In this document: positions 8,152-17,519 of the stretch, piece by piece
Position numbering within the stretch: the first letter of the stretch is position 1
Layout: every line of letters starts with the position of its first letter
Source of the DNA: Candidatus Methylomirabilia bacterium
GTDB taxonomy: Bacteria > Methylomirabilota > Methylomirabilia > Rokubacteriales > CSP1-6
Assembly: GCA_041497895.1 (NCBI GenBank)
Contig: JBGQHJ010000066.1
Coordinates: forward strand, 1 to 25,463
Direction: 5' to 3'
Length of the DNA stretch: 25,463 nucleotides
Position numbers and translations under genes: made by a program
The notes under the pieces: generated by a model
What the model was told of the DNA's origin: nothing
Seen by the model: only the letters and a program-made list of their open reading frames with translations
The model's database searches: none

Positions 8152-9498
8152 TCAGGACTTCTTGCCGCCCGCGCGCGGCGTCGGCGCGGGGGCGATCCGG
8201 ACCACGCTGTCCTCGTGGAGGCCGTCGGGCGGCGACGTCACCACCTGGTCGGCCGCCTCGATACCCCGCACGATCTCCACGGTGGCCCCGTAGTCCCGGC
8301 CCAGCTCGACCGACTGGAAGCGCACCTTCTGGTCGGGCCCGAGCACCGCGACCCGCGGTCCGGTGGCCTGGATGATGAGCGCGCTGGTGGGGATGATCAG
8401 GGGCGGGTGGTCGCGCTCGACGTGGAGCCTCACGTCCGCGTACATCCCGGGTCGCAGCGTGCCCGCCGCGTTGCGCACGCGCACCTCGGTGAGCAGGGTG
8501 CGCGAGGCGGCGTCGAGCGCGCCGGAGGCGTTGGCCACGACCCCGTCGAAGGGCTTCTGGGGGAACTCGCGGACCAGCACCTGGACCCGCATGCCCGGGG
8601 TGATCGCGGTCATGAAGGTCTGCGGCACGTTGACGAAGACGCGCAGGTCGTCGGTCTGGGCCAGGCGGAACATCGGGGTGGTGGTGCTGCTGCTCCCCGC
8701 GCCGATCAGGGCGCCCGCGTCCACGAAGCGCACCGTGATCACGCCCGCGAACGGCGCGCGCACCCGCTGGAAGGCCTGCAGCTCGATCAGCCGCTGCACG
8801 TTGGCGCGGCTCGCGTCCACGTTGGCCTGGGCCGCGATCACGCTCGACTGCAGCGACTCCACGTTGGCCTGGGCCGCGTCCACGTCGGCCTGGCTCGAGT
8901 CGAAGGCGATCTGGCGGTCGTCCACGTCCTGCTGGGCCACCAGGTTCCGGTCCCGCAGGGCCCGCCAGCGGGCGAGGTTGGTACGCGCGTACTCGGTGGT
9001 GGCGCGGTTGTGCTGGAGCGCGGCGCGCGCCTGCTGCAGCCCGGAGCGGGACTGGGCCAGGCCCGCCTCCGACGCCGCCGCGGCCGCGCGGGCCTGCGCG
9101 AGCTGCTGGTCGAGGTCGGGCGTGTCGATCTCGGCCAGGATCTGGCCGCTCTGCACCCGGTCGCCGATATCCACCAGCCGTCGCTTGAGGTAGCCGTCCA
9201 CCCGCGAGTAGATGGACGCTTCCTGGATCGCCTGGATGCTGCCGGGCAGCATGAAGTCCGTGGTGCGCGCGCCCGGCGTCGGCTTGACCACCGTGACCAC
9301 GAGCGCGCTGCTCTTGGTGGCCTTCACCGCCTCGGCCAGCTCGGTTTGGCGCTGGATGCGGGGCACGATGCCGATGACGAGCAGGACGGCCAGGCCGAAG
9401 AGGCCGAGGAGGGCGATGCGCAGGGCGGGCCGGCTGCTGCGTCGGCCCGCGCTCCTCGGGGGGGCCGCCGGGTGCGGCTCCGGGGACGGCGTCTCCAT
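8152..9498 (-). CDS. RND efflux periplasmic adaptor (membrane fusion protein)
   Basis: 448 aa; N-terminal TM, SRVDGYL...DIGDRVQSGQILAEID lipoyl half, long coiled-coil hairpin, VRAPFAGVIT, LRPGMY. Confidence 0.95.
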   Translation of the reverse strand: METPSPEPHPAAPPRSAGRRSSRPALRIALLGLFGLAVLLVIGIVPRIQRQTELAEAVKATKSSALVVTVVKPTPGARTTDFMLPGSIQAIQEASIYSRVDGYLKRRLVDIGDRVQSGQILAEIDTPDLDQQLAQARAAAAASEAGLAQSRSGLQQARAALQHNRATTEYARTNLARWRALRDRNLVAQQDVDDRQIAFDSSQADVDAAQANVESLQSSVIAAQANVDASRANVQRLIELQAFQRVRAPFAGVITVRFVDAGALIGAGSSSTTTPMFRLAQTDDLRVFVNVPQTFMTAITPGMRVQVLVREFPQKPFDGVVANASGALDAASRTLLTEVRVRNAAGTLRPGMYADVRLHVERDHPPLIIPTSALIIQATGPRVAVLGPDQKVRFQSVELGRDYGATVEIVRGIEAADQVVTSPPDGLHEDSVVRIAPAPTPRAGGKKS

Positions 9499-9501
9499 GA
9501 T

Positions 9502-12500
9502 CTAGTGGGCCTCCTGGGGACCGGGCCGGGCGGGCGCGACGCCGGGCTCCGCCAGCTCCGGATGCAGCTCTCCGGCCGTGAACGGCGGCCGGCGCCGCAG
9601 CAGACTGTAGATGACCGGGACGACGAAGAGGGTGGCCACGGTGGCGAGCGCGAGGCCGCCGATCACCGCGCGGCCGAGCGGGGCGTTCTGCTCGGCGCCC
9701 TCGCCGAGGCCGAGCGCCATCGGCAGCATGCCGATGATCATGGCGAGCGCGGTCATCAGCACCGGGCGGAGCCGGATGTGGCCGGCGGAGAGCGCGGCCG
9801 CGGTGGCGTCGAGGCCCTGTTCTTTTCGCTGGTCGTTCGCGAATGTGACCAGCAGGATGCTGTTCGACGTGGCGACCCCGATGCTCATGATGGCGCCCAT
9901 CAGGGAGGGCACGTTGATGGTGGTCTGGGTCACGAAGAGCGCGAGCAGGATGCCGGAGATGGCGCCGGGCAGGGCGGTGATGATGATGAACGGGTCGAGC
10001 CACGACTGGAAGTTCACGACCATCAGGGCATAGACCAGGATCACCGCGAAGACGAGGCCCCCGGCGAGGCCGCGGAAGGCGGAGTCCATGTTCTGCACCT
10101 GGCCGCGCAGGGTGAGGGTGGTCCCGCGGGGCAGGTCCTTGTCGATCTCCGCCATGATCCGGCGGACGTCGCGGGCCGCGCCGCCGAGGTCCCGGTCCTG
10201 CACGTTCGCGAAGACGTCGAACACGTTCTGGATGTTGTAGTGGTTGGCCACCGACAAGGTGGTGCCGCGCTCGACCTGGGCCAGGTTGGTCAGCAGCTCG
10301 GGCACCGGGACCCCGGAGGCCACCATCGGCTCGCTGGTGAGCGCGTCGAGGCTGTCGATGCGGTACTGCGGGGTCTGCACCGAGACGCGGTAGCTCACCC
10401 CGTTCTGCGGGTTCAGCCAGAAGTTCGGCGCCGCGTCGCTGCTCGAGGCCAGCGAGACGAGCAGGTTGTTGGCCACGTCGCGCTGGGTCATCCCGATCTG
10501 GGCCGCGCGGGTGCGGTCGACCTCGACCCGGAGCTGGGGCGCCGCCACCACCTGGTGCACCCGCACGTCCACCAGGCCCGGCACCGCCCTCACGCGGTCG
10601 GCGAGCCGGCGGGCGATCTCGAAGTTGGCGGCGCGGTTGTTGCCGACCACCTGCAGATCGATGGGCGACTGCAGCCCGAAGTTGAGGGTCTGGCTCACGA
10701 TGTCGGCGGACTGGAAGAAGAAGGTCAGCTCCGGGAACCGGGGGTAGACCTGCCGGCGGATCGCCTTCATGTAGTCGAAGGTCGAGCCGCGGTGGTCGGG
10801 CCGGAGCGAGATCAGCATCTCCCCGTCGGCGGGGCCGATGGTGGCCCCCTCGCCGAACGCCATGTTGATGCTGCCGATCGGGATGCCCACGTTGTTGATG
10901 ATGCGCGAGACCTCGTCGTCGGGGATCACCCGGCGGATGGCCTCGGCGACCTGGCCGAAGATCCGGTCGGTCTCCTCGATGCGCGTGCCCGCGGGGGCGC
11001 GCACGTGCAGGCGGAGCTGGCCGGCGTCCACCGTCGGGAAGAAATCCTCGCCGGTGAAGAAGGCGAGACCGAGGGACAGCAGGAAGAAGAGGGTGAAGAC
11101 CACCAGCACCGTCGCGCGGTGGGCGAGCGACCAGCCGAGCGCGCGCCGGTACCACTCGCGCATCTGCTCGAAGCGCCGGTCGAAGGCGCCGTGGATCGTC
11201 CAGAAGAGGCCGGCGCCCGAGCCGTGCCCGCCCTCCGCGTAGCGGTCGACCTCGCTCGCCAGGAGGAAGTGCACCATCGTCGGCACGAGCGTGCGCGAGA
11301 GGAAGTAGGAGGCCATCATGGCCAGGACCACCGCGAGGGCGAGGGGGACGAAGAGGAAGCGCACCGCGCCCTCGAGGAAGACCACCGGCACGAACACGAT
11401 GCAGATGCAGAGAGTGGAGACGAAGGCGGGCACCGCGATCTGCTGGGCCCCGTCCAGGATGGCCCGGATGATCGGCTTGCGCATACCGAGGTTGCGGTGG
11501 ATGTTCTCGATCTCCACGGTGGCGTCGTCCACCAGGATGCCCACCGCGAGGGCGAGGCCGCCGAGAGTCATGATGTTGATGGTGTGACCCATGAGGCCCA
11601 GCCCGATCACCGAGGTGAGGATCGAGAGGGGGATGGAGACGCTCACGATCAGGGTGCTGCGCCAGCTGCCGAGGAAGATCAGGATCATCAGGGCGGTGAG
11701 GCCCGCCGCGATGATCGCCTCGCGCGCCACCCCGTCGATCGCGGCCCGCACGAACACCGACTGGTCGAACATGAGCTTGAGATCCAGCTCCGGGGGCAGG
11801 GTCGCCTGCACCTTGGGCAGCATGTCCCGGATCCGCCGCACCACGTCCAGGGTCGAGGCGCCGCCGCTCTTGAAGATGGTCACGAGGCTTGCCCGCCGGC
11901 CGCCCTGGCTCACGATGTTGGTCTGCACCGAGTAGCCGTCCCGCACCTGCGCGACGTCGCGGATGTAGACGATCGCGTTGTTGACCTGCTTGATCGGCAG
12001 GTTGTTGAGGCCCTCCACGGTGTCCGGGCTGCTGTTGACGCGCACGCTGTACTCGCGCGCGCCGATCTTGGCGGTGCCGGTGGGCAGGATCAGGTTCTGG
12101 GCGCTGATCGCGTTCACCACGTCGCTCGGGGAGAGGCCGGTGGCCTTCAGCGCGCGGGGATCGAGGTCGACCATGATCTGCCGCGGCTTGCCTCCGAACG
12201 GCAGGCTGACCGACGCGCCCCGCACGGTGGCGAGCTGGGTGCGGACGAAGTTCTGCGCGTAGTCGAACAGCACCGCCTCCGGCAGGGTCTCGCTCGCCAC
12301 CGACAGCTGCAGGATCGGCACGCTGGACGCGCTGTAACGGATGATGAGCGGCGCGGACATGCCGGGGGGCAGCGCGCGGAGGACGCTCTGCGAGGTCGAC
12401 CCCAGCTGGGCGACCGCGGCCTCGATCTTCGCGCCGGGCTGGAAGTAGATGCGGGTCAGCCCGATGCCGACCATGGCCTGCGACTCTATGCGCTCGATGT

Positions 12501-12729
12501 CGTTGACGCTGGTGGTGAAGGCGCGCTCGGTCACCAGCAGCACCCGCCGCTCCATGTCTTCCGGCGAGATGCCGGTGAACGACCACACCACGCTGACGAC
12601 CGGGACGTCGATGTCCGGGAAGATGTCGGTCGGCATGCGGACCATCGAGACCAGGCCGAGGACCACGATGAGGAGGGCCACCACGACGAACGTGTAGGGC
12701 CGGCGAAGCGCGAGCCTGACGATCCACAT
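9502..12729 (-). CDS. RND efflux permease (AcrB/AcrD/AcrF family)
   Basis: Start MWIVRLALRRP; DIFPDIDVPVV, GGLALAVGILVDDATVEIENI, RLRPVLMTALAMIIGMLPMAL; 1075 aa. Confidence 0.95.
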   Translation of the reverse strand: MWIVRLALRRPYTFVVVALLIVVLGLVSMVRMPTDIFPDIDVPVVSVVWSFTGISPEDMERRVLLVTERAFTTSVNDIERIESQAMVGIGLTRIYFQPGAKIEAAVAQLGSTSQSVLRALPPGMSAPLIIRYSASSVPILQLSVASETLPEAVLFDYAQNFVRTQLATVRGASVSLPFGGKPRQIMVDLDPRALKATGLSPSDVVNAISAQNLILPTGTAKIGAREYSVRVNSSPDTVEGLNNLPIKQVNNAIVYIRDVAQVRDGYSVQTNIVSQGGRRASLVTIFKSGGASTLDVVRRIRDMLPKVQATLPPELDLKLMFDQSVFVRAAIDGVAREAIIAAGLTALMILIFLGSWRSTLIVSVSIPLSILTSVIGLGLMGHTINIMTLGGLALAVGILVDDATVEIENIHRNLGMRKPIIRAILDGAQQIAVPAFVSTLCICIVFVPVVFLEGAVRFLFVPLALAVVLAMMASYFLSRTLVPTMVHFLLASEVDRYAEGGHGSGAGLFWTIHGAFDRRFEQMREWYRRALGWSLAHRATVLVVFTLFFLLSLGLAFFTGEDFFPTVDAGQLRLHVRAPAGTRIEETDRIFGQVAEAIRRVIPDDEVSRIINNVGIPIGSINMAFGEGATIGPADGEMLISLRPDHRGSTFDYMKAIRRQVYPRFPELTFFFQSADIVSQTLNFGLQSPIDLQVVGNNRAANFEIARRLADRVRAVPGLVDVRVHQVVAAPQLRVEVDRTRAAQIGMTQRDVANNLLVSLASSSDAAPNFWLNPQNGVSYRVSVQTPQYRIDSLDALTSEPMVASGVPVPELLTNLAQVERGTTLSVANHYNIQNVFDVFANVQDRDLGGAARDVRRIMAEIDKDLPRGTTLTLRGQVQNMDSAFRGLAGGLVFAVILVYALMVVNFQSWLDPFIIITALPGAISGILLALFVTQTTINVPSLMGAIMSIGVATSNSILLVTFANDQRKEQGLDATAAALSAGHIRLRPVLMTALAMIIGMLPMALGLGEGAEQNAPLGRAVIGGLALATVATLFVVPVIYSLLRRRPPFTAGELHPELAEPGVAPARPGPQEAH

Positions 12730-12797
12730 TGCGGAGGCCCAATCATACGCAAGCCGGCCGCCCGATGCGCCAGGATTCTGCCCGTCCCGGCCGCGTC

Positions 12798-12827
12798 TTG
12801 ACACCGGCCGGAGCGACGGCCCATAGT
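12798..12827 (+). promoter_or_regulatory. Putative sigma70 promoter of the DJ-1/PfpI gene
   Basis: TTGACA (12798-12803), 18 nt, CATAGT (12822-12827), 12 nt before the ATG; a divergent TATGAT (12747-12742) precedes the RND gene. Confidence 0.55.
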
Positions 12828-12839
12828 CGCCGCGTACCC

Positions 12840-13472
12840 ATGGCGGAGCCTCGAGTGCGGCGCGTGGCGGTGGTGCTCTTCGAGGGCTTCACCGTCCTCG
12901 ACGTCTACGGTCCCGTGCAGGCCTTCGCGAGCACCCGGATCCCGCGTCCCGACGGCTCCGCGCACCGCCTCTTCGAGATCGTCACGGTGGCCGAGAAGGC
13001 GGGGCCGATCAAGAGCGGCGAGGGCCCGACCACCCAGGCCGACCACGCCTTCGCCGACGCGCCCCCCTACGACATCCTGCTGGTCCCGGGCGGCTTCGGC
13101 ACCCGGCAGGCGGTCAACAACGCCCCCCTGCTGCTGGCGCTCACCGCGGCGAGCCGCCGCGCCGCCATCACCACCACCGTGTGCACCGGCTCGGCGCTGC
13201 TGGCGCGTACCGGCCTCATGGACAATCGTCCGGCGACCTCGAACAAGATCGCCTGGGACTGGGTGGTGCAGCAGGGCCCGCGGGTGAAGTGGCAGCGCCG
13301 GGCCCGCTGGGTGGACGACGGCGATCTCGTGACGTCCTCCGGGGTCTCGGCGGGGATCGACATGGCGCTCTCGGTGGTGGCGCGGCTGCACGGCGTCGAC
13401 ATGGCCCGACAGGCGGCCCGGTTCATGGAGTACGTGTGGCACGAGGACGCGGGGGACGATTCCTTCGCCTGA
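12840..13472 (+). CDS. DJ-1/PfpI family protein (isocyanide hydratase InhA-like)
   Basis: 210 aa; FTVLDVYGP, LLVPGG, VCTGS nucleophile elbow, RWVDDG, TSSGVSAGIDM. Confidence 0.92.
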   Translation: MAEPRVRRVAVVLFEGFTVLDVYGPVQAFASTRIPRPDGSAHRLFEIVTVAEKAGPIKSGEGPTTQADHAFADAPPYDILLVPGGFGTRQAVNNAPLLLALTAASRRAAITTTVCTGSALLARTGLMDNRPATSNKIAWDWVVQQGPRVKWQRRARWVDDGDLVTSSGVSAGIDMALSVVARLHGVDMARQAARFMEYVWHEDAGDDSFA

Positions 13473-15091
13473 CCGCGGGGCTCGTGGTGGCGGTCGCCAT
13501 GCCGGGGGTCGGCCTGTGTCCTGAGCCGGCAACCGCCCAGCCCGCCGACGTCCGCGTCGTCACGCTGCGGGTCGTCGCCGAGGAGATGTACCGCGCCCGC
13601 CCCGGCTGGGAGGCCGAGCTGCGCCGGACGGTCCAGACCGTCTCCGACATCTACGAGCGCGCCTTCCAGATCCGCTTCGTGATCCGGGACGTGGTGCCGT
13701 GGACGATCGGCCCGGGCGTCCCGCTCACCACCATCCTGCGCCGGCTGCACCGCGAGGTGCCGATCGGATCCGCGGACGCGCTCGTGGGCTTCGCGGCGGA
13801 GCGGTGCGAGGGGCTGAACTACGGCGCGACGCAGCTCTTCGGCCGGGTCGCGATGGTGCAGACCGCCTGTCTCGATACCGCGATCCTGTCCAACACGACG
13901 GCCGAGGCGGTGCTCTCCCACGAGATGGGGCACCTCTTCGGCGCGTTCCACCCGGGGCCATCCGGGGCCGGCTCGGTCATGCGCTACGGTCCCGCCGATC
14001 GCTTCGACGGCCAGAACCTCCGGATCATCCGCCTGACGCGCGCGCGCGACTTCGCGACCGGCGTCCAGGGCGTGGACGCGGCCCAGCGCCGGGCGTGGAT
14101 GGCGATCTACGCCGAGGGCCACGCCTCCGACGAGCCCAATCCCCTGGCCGGCGCGATCGCCAACGCGGGCGAGGCCCTGGTCGTGGAGGGGAAGGAACGG
14201 GAAGGCGAGGGCCTGCTGCAGGAGGCGGCCGGGCTCGACCCGAAGGCGGCGCGAACCCACACCATGCTGGGCTTCCTCTACAGCGGCCAGGGCCGCCTGC
14301 CGGACGCGGTGCGCGAGCTGCAGACCGCGAAGGGCCTGAGCTTCCGGGAGACGGAGGCGCGGACCGAGCTCGGCTTCGTGCTGCTCAGGCTTGGGCGCGA
14401 GGAGGAGGCCCTGGTCGAGCTGCGCGACGTGCTCCGTGTCGACCGGCGCGCGCCGCGCCCGTACATGGGAGTGGGCATGATCCTGGCCCGACGGAACCGC
14501 GTGCCGGAGGCGATCAGCGCGTTTCGCGGCGCGATCTCGGTGGACCCGAAGTACGGACCGGCCCAGCTCGAGCTGGCTGCCGCGCTCGACACGGCGGGCC
14601 AGCCCGCGGAGGGATGGGCCGCCGCGGAGCGCGCGCACGACCTGGGTGAAGACGTGCCGGCCGCCCTCTGGCAGCGCCTGGGCGACAAGGTGCCGACCGC
14701 GCCGCCGCTGCCCCCGCAATGCGGCGACGCGGCGGGCCCGGCGATCGATCTGGACCGCCCGGATTCCACCTCGCGCGCCTACGTCACGAACGTGCGCGAG
14801 CGCATCCGCGCCCACCACGTCTACCCGCGTCCGGCCGCCGAGCGCCGGCAGGGGGGCGAGCTGCAGGTCGAGCTGCGGATCGCGCGGAGCGGACGGCTCG
14901 ACTGCGCGACGCTCCGGCGGTCGTCCGGCTCGGACATCCTCGACCGGTACATGATGGACGCGGTGCGGCTGGCCCAGCCGTTCCCGCCCATCCCGTCCTA
15001 CCTGCCGCAGCCGTCGCTCACCCTGAGCGGCGTCTTCCGGTATCGCATCGTCTCCGAGCCGGACGCGCCGCCTCCGCCGCCCGCGCGCTGA
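13436..15091 (+). CDS. Exported metzincin peptidase + TPR + TonB C-terminal domain fusion
   Basis: HEMGHLFGAFH (HExxHxxGxxH) and SVMRY Met-turn; TPR-like repeats; YPRPAAERRQGG...SSGSDILD...AQPFPPIP TonB_C. Start uncertain: GTG 13436 has GGAG 5 nt upstream and gives a complete signal peptide; alternatives are 13484 and 13499. Confidence 0.82.
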   Translation: MARGRGGRFLRLTAGLVVAVAMPGVGLCPEPATAQPADVRVVTLRVVAEEMYRARPGWEAELRRTVQTVSDIYERAFQIRFVIRDVVPWTIGPGVPLTTILRRLHREVPIGSADALVGFAAERCEGLNYGATQLFGRVAMVQTACLDTAILSNTTAEAVLSHEMGHLFGAFHPGPSGAGSVMRYGPADRFDGQNLRIIRLTRARDFATGVQGVDAAQRRAWMAIYAEGHASDEPNPLAGAIANAGEALVVEGKEREGEGLLQEAAGLDPKAARTHTMLGFLYSGQGRLPDAVRELQTAKGLSFRETEARTELGFVLLRLGREEEALVELRDVLRVDRRAPRPYMGVGMILARRNRVPEAISAFRGAISVDPKYGPAQLELAAALDTAGQPAEGWAAAERAHDLGEDVPAALWQRLGDKVPTAPPLPPQCGDAAGPAIDLDRPDSTSRAYVTNVRERIRAHHVYPRPAAERRQGGELQVELRIARSGRLDCATLRRSSGSDILDRYMMDAVRLAQPFPPIPSYLPQPSLTLSGVFRYRIVSEPDAPPPPPAR

Positions 15092-15151
15092 GGCGGCGCA
15101 TCCGGCCGCGCCTCTGGTCCGCCCCGCCGCGCTGCGGTAAGGTACGACGAC

Positions 15152-17461
15152 ATGGCCGACGCCCACCTCGCCACCCTCGAGTCCATCCAGAAGCGCGTGC
15201 TCTGGCTGAGCGCGCTGATGGTCCACCACGCCAACAGCGTGCGACCGAATCCGGACGGCACCAAGGTGGGCGGCCACCAGGCCTCCTCCTCCTCGGTGGT
15301 GGGCCTCATGACCGCGCTGTACTTCCACGCGCTGCGGCCCGGCGACATCGTGGCCACCAAGGCTCACGGCTCGCCGGTGCTCTACGCCATCGAGTACCTG
15401 CGCGGGCGGCTCACCGCCGAGCAGCTCCGCTCACTGCGCAGCCTCGGCGGGCTGCAGGCCTACCCGAGCCGGCGCAAGAACCCCGAGATCATCGATCTCT
15501 CGACCGGCTCGATGGGCCTGGGCGCGGTGAGCGCGACGTTCGGCGCTCTCGCCGCGCGCTACGTGAGCCAGCACGGCGGTCCCGCGATGCCATCTCGCTT
15601 CATCGCGATGGTGGGCGACGCCGAGCTCGACGAGGGCAACGTGTGGGAGGCCCTGCTCGAGGAGGCGGTGCGCGAGCTCGACAACCTGCTCTGGATCGTC
15701 GACGTCAACCGGCAGAGCCTCGACCGCGTCGTGCCCGACGCGCGGCGGGCCCAGCTCCGCGACTGGTTCCGCGGGGCGGGCTGGCACGTGATCGAGCTGC
15801 GCTGGGGCGGGCGGCTGCGCGCGCGCTTCGGCCGGCCGGGCGGCGAGCGGCTGCGCGCGCGGCTCGAGGGGCTGGGCGCGGCGGAGTACCAGGCGCTGCT
15901 GCGCCTGCCCGCGGGCGCCGCGCGCAAGGCGGTGGTCGCCACGCCCGACGGGGAGACGGATCCGGCGGTGGACCGGCTGCTGGCCGACGTGCCCGACGAG
16001 ACCCTGGGCGCGCTGCTCGCCGACGTGGGCGGGCACGATCTCGCCGCGATCCTCGCCGCGTACGAGGAGGCGGCGCGGCCCCGGCGGGGGCCCTGCGTGA
16101 TCCTGGCCGACACCATCAAGGGCTGGGGCTATCCGTTCGCGGCCGACCCGATGAACCACGGCGCGCTGCTCACCCAGCGGCAGCTCGACGAGCTGCGGGC
16201 CGCGCTCGGCGTGGCCCCGGGCGATGAGTGGGCCGCCTTCGCGCCCGGGAGCGCCGAGGCCGCGCTGATCCGCGGGGCGCCCGCGCCCTACGCCCAGCCG
16301 GCGGCCGAGCCCGCGCCCGAGGTGCCCGACGCGCTCGAGGAGAGCTACCCGGCGCAGGGCTCGACGCAGGAGGCCTTCGGACGCGTCCTCGGCCGCCTGG
16401 GCCGGCTGCCCATCGGCGACCGGGTGGTGACCTTCTCGGCGGACGTGGCGGTGACCACGCACCTGGCGGGCTGGATCACCCGCAAGGGCGTCTACTTCCC
16501 GCGCGCCAAGCCCGCCTTCGCGGCGGAGGGCCCCGCGATGGTGCAGTGGAAGGAGTCGCCCGCCGGCCAGCACATCGAGCTCGGCATCGCCGAGCACAAC
16601 CTCTTTCTCGCGCTCGGCGCCTTCGGCCTCGCCCACGAGCTGTCGGGCCGCACGCTCCTGCCCATCGGCACGCTCTACGATCCCTTCGTGAGCCGCGGAC
16701 TCGACGCGCTCTACCACGCGCTCTACGCGGGCGGGCGCTTCATCGTGGCGGCCACCCCGTCGGGGGTGAGCCTCTCGCCGGAGGGCGGCGCGCATCAATC
16801 GGTGATCACGCCGGGCATCGGGGTCGCGCTGCCTGCGATCGTCTACTACGAGCCCACCTTCGGCCAGGAGGTGGAGTGGATCCTGCTCGACGCCATCCGC
16901 CGTCTCGTGAACCGCGACGGCTCGGCGGAGAGCGTGTACCTGCGCCTGTCCACCAAGCCGGTCGATCAAGCGCTGGCCCCGGCGCCGTCGCCCGCGTACC
17001 GCGAGGCGGTCCTGCGCGGGGGCTACCGGCTGATCGACGCGCGCGAGCGGCCCGGCTACGACCCGGAGGCCAACGCGGTGCACATCTTCGCGGCCGGCGT
17101 GATGGTGCCGGAGGCGGTGGAGGCGAGCCACGCGCTGGCCGGGGCGGGGATCTGCGCGAGCGTCTTCGCGGTCACGAGCCCCGACCTACTGTACCGGGGC
17201 ATGCGCACTACGAAGCCCTACGTACTCGACCTGGTCACGGCGGACGAGGAGGGCGTGCCGGTGGTGTCCGTGCTCGACGGCCACTCCCACGCGCTGGCCT
17301 TCCTGGGCGGCGCGCTCGGCGTCCCGCAGCTCCCGCTCGGCGTCGATCACTTCGGCCAGTCGGGCGCGCGGGGCGATCTCTACCGCCACTACCGCATCGA
17401 CGCCACCGCGATCGCGCGCGCCGCGCACACTCTCCTTGCCCGGGGGCCCGCTCTGGGTTAG
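15152..17461 (+). CDS. ThDP-dependent AceE-type pyruvate dehydrogenase E1 / transketolase-like protein
   Basis: 769 aa; KVGGHQASS, LQAYPS, STGSMGLG, GDAELDEG...N ThDP motif, ELGIAE, EGGAHQS, FGQSG. Confidence 0.9.
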   Translation: MADAHLATLESIQKRVLWLSALMVHHANSVRPNPDGTKVGGHQASSSSVVGLMTALYFHALRPGDIVATKAHGSPVLYAIEYLRGRLTAEQLRSLRSLGGLQAYPSRRKNPEIIDLSTGSMGLGAVSATFGALAARYVSQHGGPAMPSRFIAMVGDAELDEGNVWEALLEEAVRELDNLLWIVDVNRQSLDRVVPDARRAQLRDWFRGAGWHVIELRWGGRLRARFGRPGGERLRARLEGLGAAEYQALLRLPAGAARKAVVATPDGETDPAVDRLLADVPDETLGALLADVGGHDLAAILAAYEEAARPRRGPCVILADTIKGWGYPFAADPMNHGALLTQRQLDELRAALGVAPGDEWAAFAPGSAEAALIRGAPAPYAQPAAEPAPEVPDALEESYPAQGSTQEAFGRVLGRLGRLPIGDRVVTFSADVAVTTHLAGWITRKGVYFPRAKPAFAAEGPAMVQWKESPAGQHIELGIAEHNLFLALGAFGLAHELSGRTLLPIGTLYDPFVSRGLDALYHALYAGGRFIVAATPSGVSLSPEGGAHQSVITPGIGVALPAIVYYEPTFGQEVEWILLDAIRRLVNRDGSAESVYLRLSTKPVDQALAPAPSPAYREAVLRGGYRLIDARERPGYDPEANAVHIFAAGVMVPEAVEASHALAGAGICASVFAVTSPDLLYRGMRTTKPYVLDLVTADEEGVPVVSVLDGHSHALAFLGGALGVPQLPLGVDHFGQSGARGDLYRHYRIDATAIARAAHTLLARGPALG

Positions 17462-17519
17462 CATCCGACCATCCCAGCCGCGCTCCATAGCGCTATCGCG
17501 CTCCAAAGGAGGAGCCTCC

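Noticed and set aside
7534..12801. Very long alternative-frame ORFs (1755 aa, 1706 aa; also 2294-5560, 2296-6147, 13067-15367, 22307-24331)
   Set aside because: Shadow ORFs of GC-rich genes; Arg/Gly/Pro/His-rich with no motifs and overlapping well-supported genes
15061..15103. 14-bp inverted repeat with one mismatch spanning the stop of the TonB_C fusion
   Set aside because: 15-nt loop, no U-tract and almost all GC; could be chance, so not called a terminator
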